A stretch of 51,957 nt of DNA, counting the filler, from Circinaria calcarea (lineage: Eukaryota): assembly GCA_051942165.1 (NCBI GenBank). It is 3 parts of 3 records of this genome, joined end to end, with 100 filler letters (N's around TTAATTAATTAA, not from the genome) between each part and the next. Parts side by side here need not be neighbours in the genome. Positions count along the whole stretch, not along the records: positions 1 to 17,260 come from JAVECS010000278.1; positions 17,361 to 34,618 come from JAVECS010000279.1; 1 more part is not named here. One strand, 5' to 3'. The position numbers were made by a program, and so were the translations under genes. Positions 12,914 to 25,854 of the stretch are shown one piece after another (the first letter of the stretch is position 1; each line of letters begins with the position of its first letter). The notes beneath the pieces are model-generated. The model did no database searches, had not been told where the DNA came from, and saw only the letters and a program-made list of their open reading frames with translations.

Positions 12914-15900
12914 ATGGACCCTCCTCGTCCTCCTCGTCCTCCTCGTCCTCTGAATGATGGCGCAAGTCAGGAACTTGGCGCACCACCAGCTTCCATATAC
13001 ACCATAACACGTCTCGCCGCCAGCAGGCCCGTTCGCGTTGACGTGCCGTCCTTTCCTTCAGCTCCGTCATCGCGGATCCAAAGCGGCCAAGCTCATGTCG
13101 CGTCTCCTGTACGCCGGAAACCTTTACCTTCCTCCGCTTCGTCTTCCCCAAGCATACCGACTTCATCGACCGGTGGCATAGTCGTTGCTGTTGGGGAAGA
13201 GGAAGTACGGGAGCGCCAGCATCCCAAGACGGGTCATATGAAGGCGCCCCCGTCACCATCCCCACGGATCCCATGGCTGCCGACACCAAGTAGTTCTCCT
13301 TTGCTTGTCCTTCGGGACCTCGATCAGTACGTGCTTTCTAAATGCGAAATCGAACGGCTCCGAGTTTTCCTGACTGCATCGGCTGACAGTTGTTGATACT
13401 AGATTCCCTCGGGGTCACTCTCCTCTAATACCTCAAAGCCCGGGACAAAGTGCTTTTCCCGACCTCACCGCCGACAAAGCGCGGCAAGCGTTACTAGATC
13501 TTGATAGTAATGCCTACAGTCTAGGAATACATCAAGATGACCGGATCAGTGATCCCCCTACAGTTTTTCCAAAGACGGCAAAGGCAAACGGGCGCCCAGA
13601 AATGCTCAGATCAACGACAATGCCTGTGCGCTCCGGCCGCGGTCCCCCGCCTCTGCAGATCCACAGTGAATCACGGTGGCGACCTATACCTAATAACGAA
13701 TCACAGGACCATCCCCAGGCGCCTAAGACTAACATGCTCACCTCCCTGTTTAATTGGAGAGGCTCGGCCTCATCGCCTATCGCCGAATCATCGCCGACCA
13801 CCATATCAGACAGGAGCCAATCTCCAGGTCAATCGCCCCGTCAAACTTCGCCTCAAAGCTTTCCTTCCTCCATCAGATCTATACCGCGGGCGATCGATAT
13901 ACCTAAAGCGAATGCATCTGTACAACGCGCCTTTTCAGATGCCGTGTACCCTCCGCTGCCAATATTACCCGATGTGTCCACCCAAGTCCAAGAGATGGAG
14001 GAGGAGCTCCGGGAAATCAGCTGTGAGCTTGCCGGGTCGATACGTAGGGAAATGGACTTGGAAGACCAGGTGGAACGTCTACAGTCGGATGGTCCACAAG
14101 CTCCAGAGTTGAGTCGGCGTACCAGTGACTACTTTTCCGATTCGGGTACAAGCTCGGTCAGGTTTCCGTTGAGCGATAGTGGCGCAGGCAAAGCAGAGGA
14201 CCTCCAAAAGCTGAAAAGAAGATCCGAGCAAGAGAAAGCTAAAATTCGGCTGGATCTGTCGCATAAGTTGCAGGACGAGCGCGGGCGAAGGCAGGCGCTG
14301 GAGGTGTACATACGTAAATTCGAGGAGCACGTGCTAGCTGTGCGCTATATCATATTTGAACCTAGTGCTTCTGCTAATAGTAGTTAATAGGTTGAGCGAA
14401 ACCAAGCTAAACCACCCACTGCTCCTGTACGCATACAAGAACTCGAAGCCGCCCTTGAAGACAACCATCGTCGTTTGCAGGAAGAACGGCAACTAAAGGA
14501 GAGCTACGAAGACTTATCAAAGGCCCTACGCGAAGAAATAGAGCAGCATCGAAATGAGCGAGATAACCTCAGAGACGAAGTTGTACCACAGCTTCACGCA
14601 CGACTCGAAGGATTAGAAGCGGCGGCCGCAGCGCTTGAGAAACTTACATATGAGAATTCTTGGATGCAGCAAGAAGTACAGTCTTTAAAAGACGAGAACG
14701 CTCACCTCATCAATGTCAACCGCTTCCAGGTCGACGCCCAACGTTCCCCACGCATCGGATCCATCGCGGAAGAAGAGTATCTTTCATTTACTGCCAAGTC
14801 AGGACTGACTAGATCAACGTCTTTGGCACGGGGAACCGCCACAGCTGGCGGACTTTCCAGATCTGGTTCTCTATCGCGCTCTGGTTCAGTATCCAAAGAG
14901 CGGGAGTCACGCGAGTCGCTTGCGGACCGCGTCAAGGAGATTGAATTACAGCGAGATGCTCTACATCGTGCACTGAAGAGTCTGCTGGACAGGCAAAAAT
15001 ATCAGGGCAAGGAGCACGAGAAACGAGTGAGAGCGCTGGAGCAGGAAAGGGATAGGGCGCTAGAATCTCATTCTCCCAGGAGGAGAGGCTACGAGAAGGA
15101 GGTCACAGGCCTACGATTTGAGATCAACCAGCTTCGAAGGCGCGCTGATGAGGCACTGGAGCAGAAATGGCAATGTGAGAAAGGCCTTGGAGGGCTGAAG
15201 AAGGATCTTGACAGGGCAGAGCAGGAAACCAGCTCACTCCGGACTTTGCTCCATGAAAAAGATAATCTGATTCCCGAGCGACCAGGCAGCCCATTACAGG
15301 ACGTCACCACCGCTACCCAGGTCACATCAAGCTCGTTGGAGAAAGCGTACAAGGAATTGCAAGCAACACAAGCTTTGAGTGTTACTCGACTTCGAGAATT
15401 AAAGGGTGAGGCAAAAATTGAAACGAGCGACGGCAAAACGGAAGAGACTATGGATTTGCTGCTAAAATCCATGTCTAATGCTGAAGCAGAGCGTGACTTT
15501 GCCCAGAAACAAGCAGAGTCTTATCGAGCGCAAGCCGAGTCGTTGCAGGAGACGACAACATTCCATGAAGGCGAAAACGCCAACCTAGCCGAGCAACTCC
15601 GGGCGTCAGCTAACAGGATGGATGCACTCGCTTCTCAAGTCCGCCATCAGCTTGAATCGAATAAGGAACTTCGCTCGCGACTTGCAGAAACAATAGGCAG
15701 GGGCGAAAGAGAGCAAAAGGCTTCCGCAGCCCGAATCAACAACATGCAAGGGCGGTTAAAGTCTTTGGAAGACCGTCTTATGGCTGCTCAACAGCATTCC
15801 GAGGAAGCAGTGCAGCTGCACGAGGATGAAATTAAAGGAATGCACGAGAGTCACACCTCGCAGCTGCAACGGTTGAAAGGTGGATTACTTCGATCACCTA

Positions 15901-16323
15901 CGCTTTCATTATACCCCAACTCGAGCGCAAGGCTCTCCCCTCGAAGCCCACGTTCGCCTCTCTTCTACGGTCCGCGGTCACCGCGATTGGAAAAGACGAG
16001 TAGCGGTATCGGCATGTCGATGAACGAGGCTCTAAAGACAGAGTTCCTCGAGCGAAGGGTTGCGGAGCTGGAAAAGGCACTGACGGATGCGGATAGGGAG
16101 ATGCATGAGGTTGTACAGAGGATGAATATGGCTCAGATTGAGGTCATGGAGCTGCAGTCTGCGAGGTATGTTCACCCCTGGTCTCCTTTTCTAAAGAGAC
16201 AGAGGCTGACTGTGAAACTTTGAATATAGGGACGAAGCAATGCGGCAAACGCGGTCACTGGAAACTCAGATTGCAGCCGAAAGCGAGAAAGCGGGTAGTC
16301 TGATGAGATTTCTACCCATCTAA
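12914..16323 (+). CDS. Fungal hypothetical protein with Pro/Ser-rich N-terminus and long coiled coil
   Basis: Exons 12914-13326, 13403-14339, 14391-16165 and 16230-16323 join in frame through canonical introns. Heptad-rich segments include EMEEELREISCELAGSIRREMDLEDQVERLQ and ALEQKWQCEKGLGGLKKDLDRAEQET. Confidence 0.85.
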
Positions 16324-17143
16324 CCAGCGACGACACTTTTCATCTACCACACAACTCGGATCTTCTGCCCCAAGTCGTGGCTAAAGCTATAGAGGCGTTG
16401 ATATGCAAATTCACTTCCGTGAACGATAGCACCAGGCGGAAAATTTCCCTGGTTTTTTTTTTTTTTTTTTGTATGTATACCATTAGCGCTGCATCTGCAT
16501 ATGTTTTGGGGGATATCTAGCCCGTACGGCAAACGACATATTCTTACATCCACGCTGAGCTCGGAAAGGGGGGGGACTCTGGTTTTCTTAACGGATTGTG
16601 GTTTTATATACCCCATTGGAATATTCAACCCAATTTCTTGTGGGCTGTGTGTATGTATGTATCCGACAGATTCTTTCAGCTTGTCGAGGTATTTTGGAGG
16701 GGGGAGAAGGAAAGGGAAAAAGGGAAGAAGCGGAAAAGGGGGGAAGGAAGGGAGTTGCGAGATTTGGGTGGTTTGCTGGAAAGGGAGGGAGGAGGAGAGA
16801 GAGAGAAACTTGTAAATATAGAACCACTTTTTATGTTGCTCGGCCAACAAAAGAGAAAAAAAAAGGAAGAGATTTGCTAGCTTTTGCCCTCCGCTGATAA
16901 TAGCAACCACGTTCCCACAAACCCATCAATCGAAATCATTTCATATCATTTACTTATACTGGTTATCGCCGGGTATAGGTATATTATCAGCGCCGGTTTT
17001 TTGTGGGGGGGGACCGAAACCTTCTATCTATACACAACTTTTTGCGAAAAAAAAATTTTCCAGCAGTTCGATTTTCCCCGAGATGGGGAGAATGGGGGGA
17101 AGAAATTTGGGGAAGAGTGATGTTTTTTTGAGGTTAGGGGTCG

Positions 17144-17176
17144 GGTAGGTAGGTAGGTAGGTAGGTAAGTAGGTAG
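17144..17176. repeat. (GGTA)n microsatellite
   Basis: Six exact copies plus a degenerate tail, next to the contig end. Confidence 0.85.
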
Positions 17177-17260
17177 CGGTAGCAGCTCCTGAGTCCCTGG
17201 TCTGCTTATTTCCAGGTTTCTTGTAGGTTCAAGTTCAGGTTCGGGTGGATGGCGGAAAGG

Positions 17261-17360
17261 NNNNNNNNNNNNNNNNNNNNNNNNNNNNNNNNNNNNNNNN
17301 NNNNTTAATTAATTAANNNNNNNNNNNNNNNNNNNNNNNNNNNNNNNNNNNNNNNNNNNN
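17261..17360. other. Artificial scaffold linker N44-TTAATTAATTAA-N44
   Basis: Exactly 100 nt. The 12-mer places stop codons in all six frames. Identical to 34619-34718. Confidence 0.97.
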
Positions 17361-18346
17361 GCGAGGAAGGGGGAGAGAGGGGAGAGAGTGGAGGGGAGGG
17401 AACATAGGGAGAGCTCGGCGAGGAGAATTCCCGGGAGGACGGTGGAGCCTACTAGGGCTGCTATGCGGTTAGTAGGGGACTGAGTTTGAAAGTTTGGGAA
17501 GGCGGGACGTGGGGGCAGAGGCTTACGATCGCGGAGTTTGTAGCTGAGGTCATAAGACCAGAGGGAGAAGAGGGTGAGGGTGGCGGTTCGGTAAAAGGGG
17601 GTGAGATTGACGGTGATGAGGAGGGCGGTGAAGACCATCATGGAGCCTTGCAATAAGTAGATGAGCGCCCATTGCGGCTGATCGTAAGGATTCGTGGCTT
17701 CGAAGGTCCAAGTCGCACGGAGTCCATTGACGAGATCCTCAATGGCTGTTCCCCAGGACATGCTCGGCGCGGGCGTATTGGTGTACAGCCAAAACGCATC
17801 GGAATGGCGAGCGAGTTCATACGCTCCGAACTGGCAGAGAGCCCAGCTAATGACGGTAGCCGCTGCCGCTGGAAGGGCCAGCCTAAAGGAGCGGCGGAAG
17901 GAGCTGACGGCAAGGTTGAAAAGCGCGGTCTCGACATCGCCGCTGCGAGCAAGCTTGACGGGTTTGAGGGCGTTGACGAAGCCGGAGAGGATGAAGAAGA
18001 TGGCGACCCAGGCGTGCCCTTGGGCCACGAGCCGAAAGATGGGTCGCTGGAAGAGGAGAACGGATTTCCCGTCGGCAGCGCAGCAAGGGATGACGAGACG
18101 TCGTGCAACACAGAGGACCATGTGGCTCGAGACCACGAAGAGGGAGGCCACGCCGCGAAGACCCTATTGCGGAATTATCATTAGCTCCTTTCCATTGTTA
18201 CTAATGAGCAAAGGCAAACTCACATCAGCCCAGCTGCTGTCTTGCATCGCGTGTTTCGGCTTGATGCCCGGATCGGCGAGAGGACGCGTCAAAGCTCTCT
18301 TGACATTGGCGGTGGCGGTTAGGATCGTTGCGGTGTGTGTTGACAT
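17361..18346 (-). CDS. Acyltransferase-3 family (OafA-like) membrane O-acyltransferase, 3' end lost in the gap
   Basis: Exons 18346-18224, 18163-17527 and 17457-gap. Motifs WADGLRGVASLFVVSSH, VAIFFILSGFV, FRRSFRLALP and QWALIYLLQGSM. Confidence 0.88.
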
Positions 18347-19230
18347 TGTGAGTAGGTAGTCGACAAGAAACGGGAAAGAAAGGATTGATTAATTAATAGG
18401 GGTCATTACGAAGTAGAGTGAATGGAAAATAACGACGGGGAAAGCCGATTAGGGAAAGGTTGTACTGGTGACACGCAGCATCTTTCCTTTCGGCTCTGAC
18501 TACTGTGGTTCCTACGGTAAGCGGATACCCGTTTATGTACTACCCGACACCAAAAATACTCAAAACAATGACCTCATTTGGCGTGTGGCTGCAGGTCCCG
18601 GACTGATCGACTGCCAAGCGCGTGGACTAGTGGAATATAGTGCATCGAATCTCACTCCTTATTGATCCTTCCGACATTATCAGTACTACACGTGAAAACA
18701 AAAAAGGTAAAATGGCCATTAACCCACCATCACTACCAAGGCTATATTCTGCAAGCGGTACTCATAAGGTAGCTAAGCCTGGACTACCTTTTGGAAGGTT
18801 AAGCGCTCATTCGATCAAAGGGTGTTGGGGCTGACGTAAGCCGACTAGTATTTTTAGCGAACTCTCTTGCTCTTACTTAGTTACACGAACATGCAGAAAT
18901 CCTATGAACCTTGAACGTAGTGCATTGCAGGAATACAAGGGCAGCCAACAAAAGTTTCTCCGCAGAAGATCACTTGTTTACTCCAACAGTTATGCTCCGG
19001 GTGATGACTACCGTAGGAAAGAATTTAATCAAAGCTACTGAGCGTGTCTTGCCAGATGGGTCTAAGTTAATGCGGATAGATTATTGTTAATAATCTACTC
19101 GTACCCCAAAATCGACTTCTGCCTATTAAACGTCTAGATCTAAAACGAGACACCCAAAACAATTATACAAGGCCTCTGGCCGCCCTACACTCTTTATGAC
19201 ATGGCATTCTCCCTTGGCTGTCCGAATCCT

Positions 19231-19993
19231 TTATAAAGTAAAGAAGACCCCAACGGCACCGACGAGTACAGCGGCACTCATGAACTGGACTCCATAGCTG
19301 GCCGCAGCACCGGTGAAGGGGACGGGCGTACTGGAAACAGTCGTCATATTCGACGTGGTGTTGCTGCCCCCAATTTGTACCTGTGGCTGACCGTCGCCGA
19401 GAACAGAGACTGCTGCCGCAGTTGTGGCTGTAGTGCTCGTAGTCATGGTAGCTGCAGTCACGCTTTCTGAAGCCACAATCACACCTTCTGTAGCAGCAGT
19501 GTCAGTTCCCGCGGCTGCCGTGGTAGTCGCACCAGCGGTACTGGGAGGTTCTGCAGGGGCATCGGTGGACATGGCGGCGGGAGCAGAAATGGAGAGGGTG
19601 ATGCCGGTGGAAGCGCAAAGAGTCTTGGCAAAGGCCAGAGCATCTACAAACGGTGGTCAGTTTATCTTTGCGGAACAGTTTTCTATGATCCCGGAAATAG
19701 GGAAACCCACTGGCCAAGTCTTCCGCGCTGCAGCTCTTTTCAATCACCGGCTGGAGAGTGGTGAGGAAGGCAGAGGCAGAGCATATACAGGCGATGTCTG
19801 TGAGAGCACATCCGGTGCTCCCAATACTGGCGATTGCCGGGTTTTGCTACATTGATTGGTCAGCAAGAGTTCAGTGGCGAAAAGGTTCCAAGGGACGACG
19901 TACCGCACAATCAGGCAAATTACTCAGGCTTTGAGCCCTAACCAAGGGAGCAGCGAGGGCCGTAAGAACGGCAAGCTTGGAGGAGTACTGCAT
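19231..19993 (-). CDS. GPI-anchored CFEM-domain cell-surface protein (six-cysteine variant)
   Basis: Exons 19993-19904, 19846-19711 and 19643-19231. Signal peptide MQYSSKLAVLTALAAPLVRA; CFEM-like LPDCA...GCALTDIACIC...KSC...TLC; Thr/Ala-rich stalk; FTGAA followed by a hydrophobic tail. Confidence 0.88.
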
Positions 19994-21420
19994 GATAAGG
20001 ATCTATCTTGATTATTAACGAGTGATGGGCTTGTAACGACAGTGTTGATGGTTTTAATGTGAGATAAACACAGAATTGCGGGAAGAAATGTAGGACAATG
20101 GATTGACGGAAACAGCAGAGGATGGGGGGCCGTTTTGGAGTTATAAGAAGGGGGTGAAATGATGACTCGTGCCCTAAAGCGTGTCTGGAATGCGGTTAAG
20201 AAAAGGACGAACAACAACGCTAACGGCAACCAAGGAAAATCTACGGATTCGGACAGATACTAAAGAGACTCGGTAGTTGGCTTGATCTCAGGTTCTCCAT
20301 AGTAACTTATCATCATAATAAAGCAAGTCGAGAAGGCCGGCGACTTGGCGTGGGGCTTTGAATGTAGGTTGCCGTGAAGGTGCCCCGTAGCTGAGCAGCA
20401 ACCAAGGTCGGAAACGAATCAAAATGCCAAGTACTCCAGGGACTGGTGGGCTTTTCTTGTACCGTACGGCCCTTTACCCTCTCTAAAACAGGTTGCCGTC
20501 CTCCTGCTGTTGGGGCTGAAGTGATACAAAAATACTGACTGCCCTCGGGTTCTTGCAGGCTGCAAGGGACTTTGCATTGAACGTCGCATTGGGCTGAACA
20601 AACAATACATGTAAAGCGGCAACGGTTTCATGGTTGACTTCTTTCTCCAATAGAAATTCGACCAAAAGTCCCAAAGGATTGTATCACCTGGTAAGACAGT
20701 GCAATTGGTGTGATCTATTATTCCACGAGAGTTGCGAATGGAAATGGACACAACAGTAGCGGATTCTCCCTGATGAGTATTCTGGGCGGTACGATATTTA
20801 CGTAGCACAAGTATACTTCCGAGACCTCTTCACCTCCGAAATGCTCCGTCTTCATTCGTCGTCTCTGGCCATCTCTACATATCATCCAGACCTCTTTTAT
20901 GTCCATCGCGTTCAGGATGACAATAACAAAAGCACCAACCGACAGCATCGGCATTAATCATACCCATTATTCACGCAGCTCCAGGCTATCCGACCGCTAC
21001 TTGCGGAGGAACACGCAATTGAAGCAACTGTGTTTCTCATTTTGATAGCATTACGACGCAATTCTCTTTTATTGCTATGATCTTTTCACTTCGCACTTCG
21101 TGCACGACCATGCGATTGATTGTTCGGGTATGGGTTACGTGGGCTTCCCTCAGCCTCCTGTTTTAAGCTCTGAGGGACGGAAACATGTTTGGCGCATCGA
21201 CGGAATGCACTTTGACAGGCTCGACAATTGTGACGCGGGAGGAAGGCTCAATGTTCGGTCTCGTTGAGACACTCCACACCAGCTGGCTAATTGCCATGAA
21301 CTTCTCTTGCGACAGTCATATAGCAATGCTACTTTTAGATCTCACCATGCTCAATTTCTCCTTCAAGACTACTCGGAAACGCTGCGAAATCAGGCTGGAC
21401 ATGACTATTAGACTTTTACC

Positions 21421-24400
21421 ATGCAATTATCGAATAGACTCTTCACCACCGCAGCAATATTGGGGTTTACAATAGCTCAAATCAATAGCCCAGGCCATCC
21501 ACGAGTCACGCCCGTGATAACGCCACATTCTATACCAACTCCAACCATATCGACAGCGCCAAGCAACAGTGGCTATCGGGCATGTGCCATTGTGAGCACT
21601 CTCAGCGCTCAGTTTCACTCGCTCCACCCTTACGGTAAGATCTTGCTGAGATCACGCAGTAACGCCTTGTGACTGATGGCAATTTATAACAGCCACTACA
21701 CTTCCTATCGTACCTATACAAGATGCCTATGCCTGTTTAAAATCAGTTCCGATCTTCGAAAAGGACGCGCTGGCTTTGATCGATGGGCTAGAACCGTATC
21801 TTCAGTTCCAGTCTACCCTGGCATACCTTAAAAAACCCCCGAAAGCCTATCCCCTTCCAGGAGTCGACTTAATAGACGGCCTCCAGCAGATCAGAGCCAA
21901 TGTACAAAGCGGAAATTACGGCGGAGAGTATGCGTTTCAACTTGATCTATGGGATTTGTTGAACAGTGCACATGACTCGCACTTGAGTTGGGTTGGGGAC
22001 ACGCTCCAGTCTGCGCTGACGTTCGTGGTGCCATTCCAGCTGGTATCAGTTTCCAACGATGGACGGGCGTTACCATCTATCTATCTACTAGGTAAATCAA
22101 CCTTTAATTCTGCGGCCGTTAGGCTAATCAGACCGTGTTTGATTAGAGGATATTCGGCTTCGCCCAGGTCAAACCAGACTACCCTATACTCCATCACCCG
22201 TCAAAACTATCAATGGACAGGACGTGTCTTCGGCTCTTGCGAAACTTTCTCTCGATAATAGACTACAAGATCCAGATGCTTTATATAATACTGTTTTCTT
22301 CGAGATAGCCCAGATTCCGGTAAATCGAGGTCAAGATGGTCCTACAAGATATCGCTTTCCAGGTGCATCGACGAATTTCGTGTTCGCCAACGGTACTAAT
22401 CGACTCTATCTTCATGAAGCATTGGTTGTCGGCGATTTTACCAACGTGAATAGCGGAAACGCATTCTACGCAAAGTTTTGTAATGGATTAGTAAAAAAGC
22501 AAAACCGGCCTGCCCAAGGGTCTGCACGAATATTAAAGGTTCGAAGACCACCAGGCTATCCGGCTCCAGTGAAAATCCATTCGGATTATCTAGTTGGAGG
22601 CTACTTCCTCAATGACACCAGGTTCAGTGACGTTGCTGTACTATCAGTCCTTGGGTTTTCCCCTTCAAAGGTTTACGGAGGGCAAGAGTTTCAACTCGTT
22701 TTGCAGGAATTCTTAGCAACGGCAAAGGCTGCTGGGAAGACCAAGCTGATAGTCGACGTACAGGCTAATAGCGGTGGCGTCACTAGTCTAGGATATGAGA
22801 CTTTCCTGCAATTATTTCCCAACATTGAGCCCTATGGAGCATCAGTACTCCGTGCTCATGACGGTTTGAACTTCATAGGCCAAGGCATCAGTGATCGAGC
22901 TCAGAACATATCGTCAACCAGGCCAGGTGATTCAGAGGCACTGTCGAGAGTTGGCGCGTCACTGTCATTGAATTACGCGTCAAGCGTCTCGGTGAACGGG
23001 ACGGCGTTTTCATCCTGGTCAGAGGTATATGGTCCGCATCAGGCTTACGGCGACAACTTTACGTCTCTGACCAGGTTCAACCTCAGTTATCCACCCTTTG
23101 CCCTGGAACAATTCCCGTTTATTAATTTCACAGGTCGCGGAAATAGGGTCATCGATCAAACTCCGCCTTTTGCCGCAGAGAACGTGATCCTTCTGACAGA
23201 TGGGTTTTGCTCTTCGGCTTGTGCTGTCTTCGCCGAGTTCATGAAGACCCAAGCTAAGGTCAAATCGGTCACTTTCGGGGGCCGTCCAAACAACAAAGGC
23301 TCCATGCAGGCTGTGGGAGGTACCAAAGGTACTCAAGTCGTATCTTTTGCGTCAATCTTTCAATTCATAGGGATTGCTGCCGGCCTTGACTTGTCATCAT
23401 CAATCCAGCAAGTTCGAGAAGTACAGACTCTTTTTAACACCGACCCCAATTTATATATGCTAACGTCACTTTTCACAGTATATCAGTGAAAAGCTTGGAG
23501 CAACAGACCTGGCAAAGATTAGCACGTATCCGATTCTTCGCAGTACAAGCGCAGTCCTCAACTTCAAGAGCAATATTCGGATGAACGACACTACTCTCAC
23601 TCCACTTCAGTTTGTTTATGAAGCGGCGGACTGCCGTCTCTGGTATACGCCAAGGATGATCAACGACATTTCTGAAATTTGGCGCGCTGCCGCTCAAGCT
23701 GCTTGGAACAGTAGCTCACTGTGTATAGGGAGAAGCACAAATGATCCACTCAGCATAAGTGACAACAATCAGACAATGGACTCCGATCCTTCATCTGCAG
23801 CCTCTCCGCCTTTTAGTGGCACAGCTTATCCTTCTAGCTTTGGCGGTAGCTCACGAATGGGCGGCTGGTCAGCTACTGGCCTAAATTTCTCGTCAACCTT
23901 CAGTGGCGTCACAAGGATCACTGACTCGGGCTCTTTCATCACTAGTGCCGCGGTTGCGAATATCACAGATAGCCATTTAAGCTCAAGCAGTGTTGGCATG
24001 ATGGCTGATTCCAGCCCTTCAATTACAGGTCCTCTATCGGCTGATATTACGAATGGCCTTTCAAGCAGTGTTGGCATGATGACTGATTCCGGTCCTTCAA
24101 TCACAAGTCCTCCGTCGGCTTATGCCACATCAGGCTTAGGCGGTATGGGTCAAACAACTGGCTTCTCTCAGTCCGCTGTTAGTTCTGCAGCCTCTTCGAA
24201 TCCCACAACATTTAATGATAGTGGGAATATATCCAATTCCAGCTCTTCGGCAACACTGCCCCTACCCGCAGGTATAACAGAGAGCCAACTAAACATGGAT
24301 AGTGTTGGTCAGACAAGTAAACCTGGCTCCACGATGATAAGCTCTACTGTCCCTGTGGATGGCATTAACAATCCATCCATCATACCTAATAATGGGGCCA

Positions 24401-25854
24401 CTACCGACTCCGGGTCTTCAGCTACTATGTCTGTACCTGCTATTTCCGTAGATACCCCATCAATCACAAGTGATAGTGGGGGAACTATTGTCACTGGGCC
24501 TTCAGACACAAGCTCTGCGTCGCCCATGAATACTGTTGAGACCATAGGTAACAACGGGGAAACTAACGCCATAAGGCCTTCGATAACAACCTCTGTACCA
24601 CCAGCGAATTCCATAGAAAACCCCTTACCTGTGAGCGCTGATGGAGAATCTACTGCCTCGGGACCTAGAGCAACAACATCTATATCTGCTAGCCCTGTTG
24701 GTGCGCCAGCCTTAACGAGCAATATTGGGGAGACCAACTTGCCTGGTCCTTCAATAATTAACTCACCACCTGCGAATTTTACTGGCAACTCCACTACTAT
24801 AGACGAAAATGGGAGTTCTGCCGCCTATGGGCCTTCGGCTACGAGTTCTACACCCTTTGCGAATCCTACAGATATGATGACTGGCGCAGGAGAGACTGCC
24901 GCGTCCGGGCCTTCAATAACGAGCTCCGCGCCGCCTGGGAATACAACAGATAACCCTGCAGCATCGAATGACAGTGGGGCAGTCGTCAGCTCTGGGCCTT
25001 CAGCAACAACATCTATAGCTACTGCTACCACAGATCCCCCAGCAATAATGAGCGATAGTGGGGTTGTTGCGCCCGGTCCTTTAATGACCAACACCGCACC
25101 GCCTGCGAATATCACAGACAATGGCCCAACCACGAGTGATGGTGGGGCGACTATCGCCTCCGAGCCTTCAATAACAAGCTCTGCGTTGCTGGCGAATACC
25201 ATAGATACTCCCCTAGTTGCGAGTGGTAGTGGGACGGATATGGTCATTGGGCCTTTAGCCACAACGCCTATGCCCGCGGGGAGCACCGATAACCCTTCGA
25301 ACTTGACAGATACCGAGCCAACACCGACCACCGGCCGTTCTTACACAATCTCCGCTTTCGCAAGCGGCACAGGTTATTTCGTAAGCATCACCAACAGCAT
25401 CAAAATCCCTCTATCTACCGGCTTTCCACCTGCAACCGACACGGTCAATATTCCTCAATCTACCAACTTTCCACCTGCAACCGACACAGTCAATGTTCCA
25501 CCTGCAACCGACACAGCCAATGTTCCACCTACAACCGACATAGTCAATGGTGATCCTTCAATCCCGGCTGATAGCACTCCAGCATTTCTCACCAGTCCTC
25601 TAATTACCGCCACCGGCTTGCCGGGAACTGGAGGTACTGGAATCGGCTTACCGGGAATCACAGGAACCGGGACAGGGAGTCCAGGTGATATTAGCAACTT
25701 TGACCCGCGAGCGGATTCCAATTCGTCGTATGCCGTCGGGAACCCCGTGCCTGTGGCGACTGTAGCTTCTTCCGAGGGGAAAGTGACATATCGGGTTGAG
25801 TGGGCTGTTGGGGCCATTGGGGTCGTGGCGGTTCTGGTGGGAGTTTGGTTGTGA
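21421..25854 (+). CDS. Secreted peptidase S41 family (CPAF-like) protein with long Ser/Thr/Pro/Gly repeat stalk and probable GPI signal
   Basis: Exons 21421-21634, 21693-22091, 22147-23411 (or 23420) and 23479-25854. Motifs AYACLKSVP, FQSTLAYLK, AHDSH, QDPDALYN, KLIVDVQANSGG, LLTDGFCSSACAVF, GGRP...MQAVGGTKG and PLQFVYEAADCRLWYT; hydrophobic C-terminus. Confidence 0.9.
23911..25370 (+). repeat. About 17-18 degenerate coding repeats of 25-29 aa (consensus like ETxxSGPSITSSxPPANxTDNPxxxSDSG)
   Basis: Aligned by eye from the 757-aa ORF; recurring GPS[I/A]T core and terminal Gly. Confidence 0.75.
25405..25549 (+). repeat. Near-identical 27/45-nt coding repeats (PPATDTVNV)
   Basis: CCACCT(G/A)CAACCGACA occurs at 25426, 25471, 25498 and 25525. 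Confidence 0.9.

Noticed and set aside
16344..17120. Several 80-190-aa ORFs downstream of the coiled-coil gene
   Set aside because: Products of low-complexity purine/pyrimidine tracts in 3'-UTR or intergenic DNA.
17305..17316. TTAATTAATTAA palindrome occurring twice
   Set aside because: Assembly linker, not biological.
20419..20954. Minus-strand ORFs between the CFEM and S41 genes
   Set aside because: No motifs or splice support; consistent with promoter DNA.
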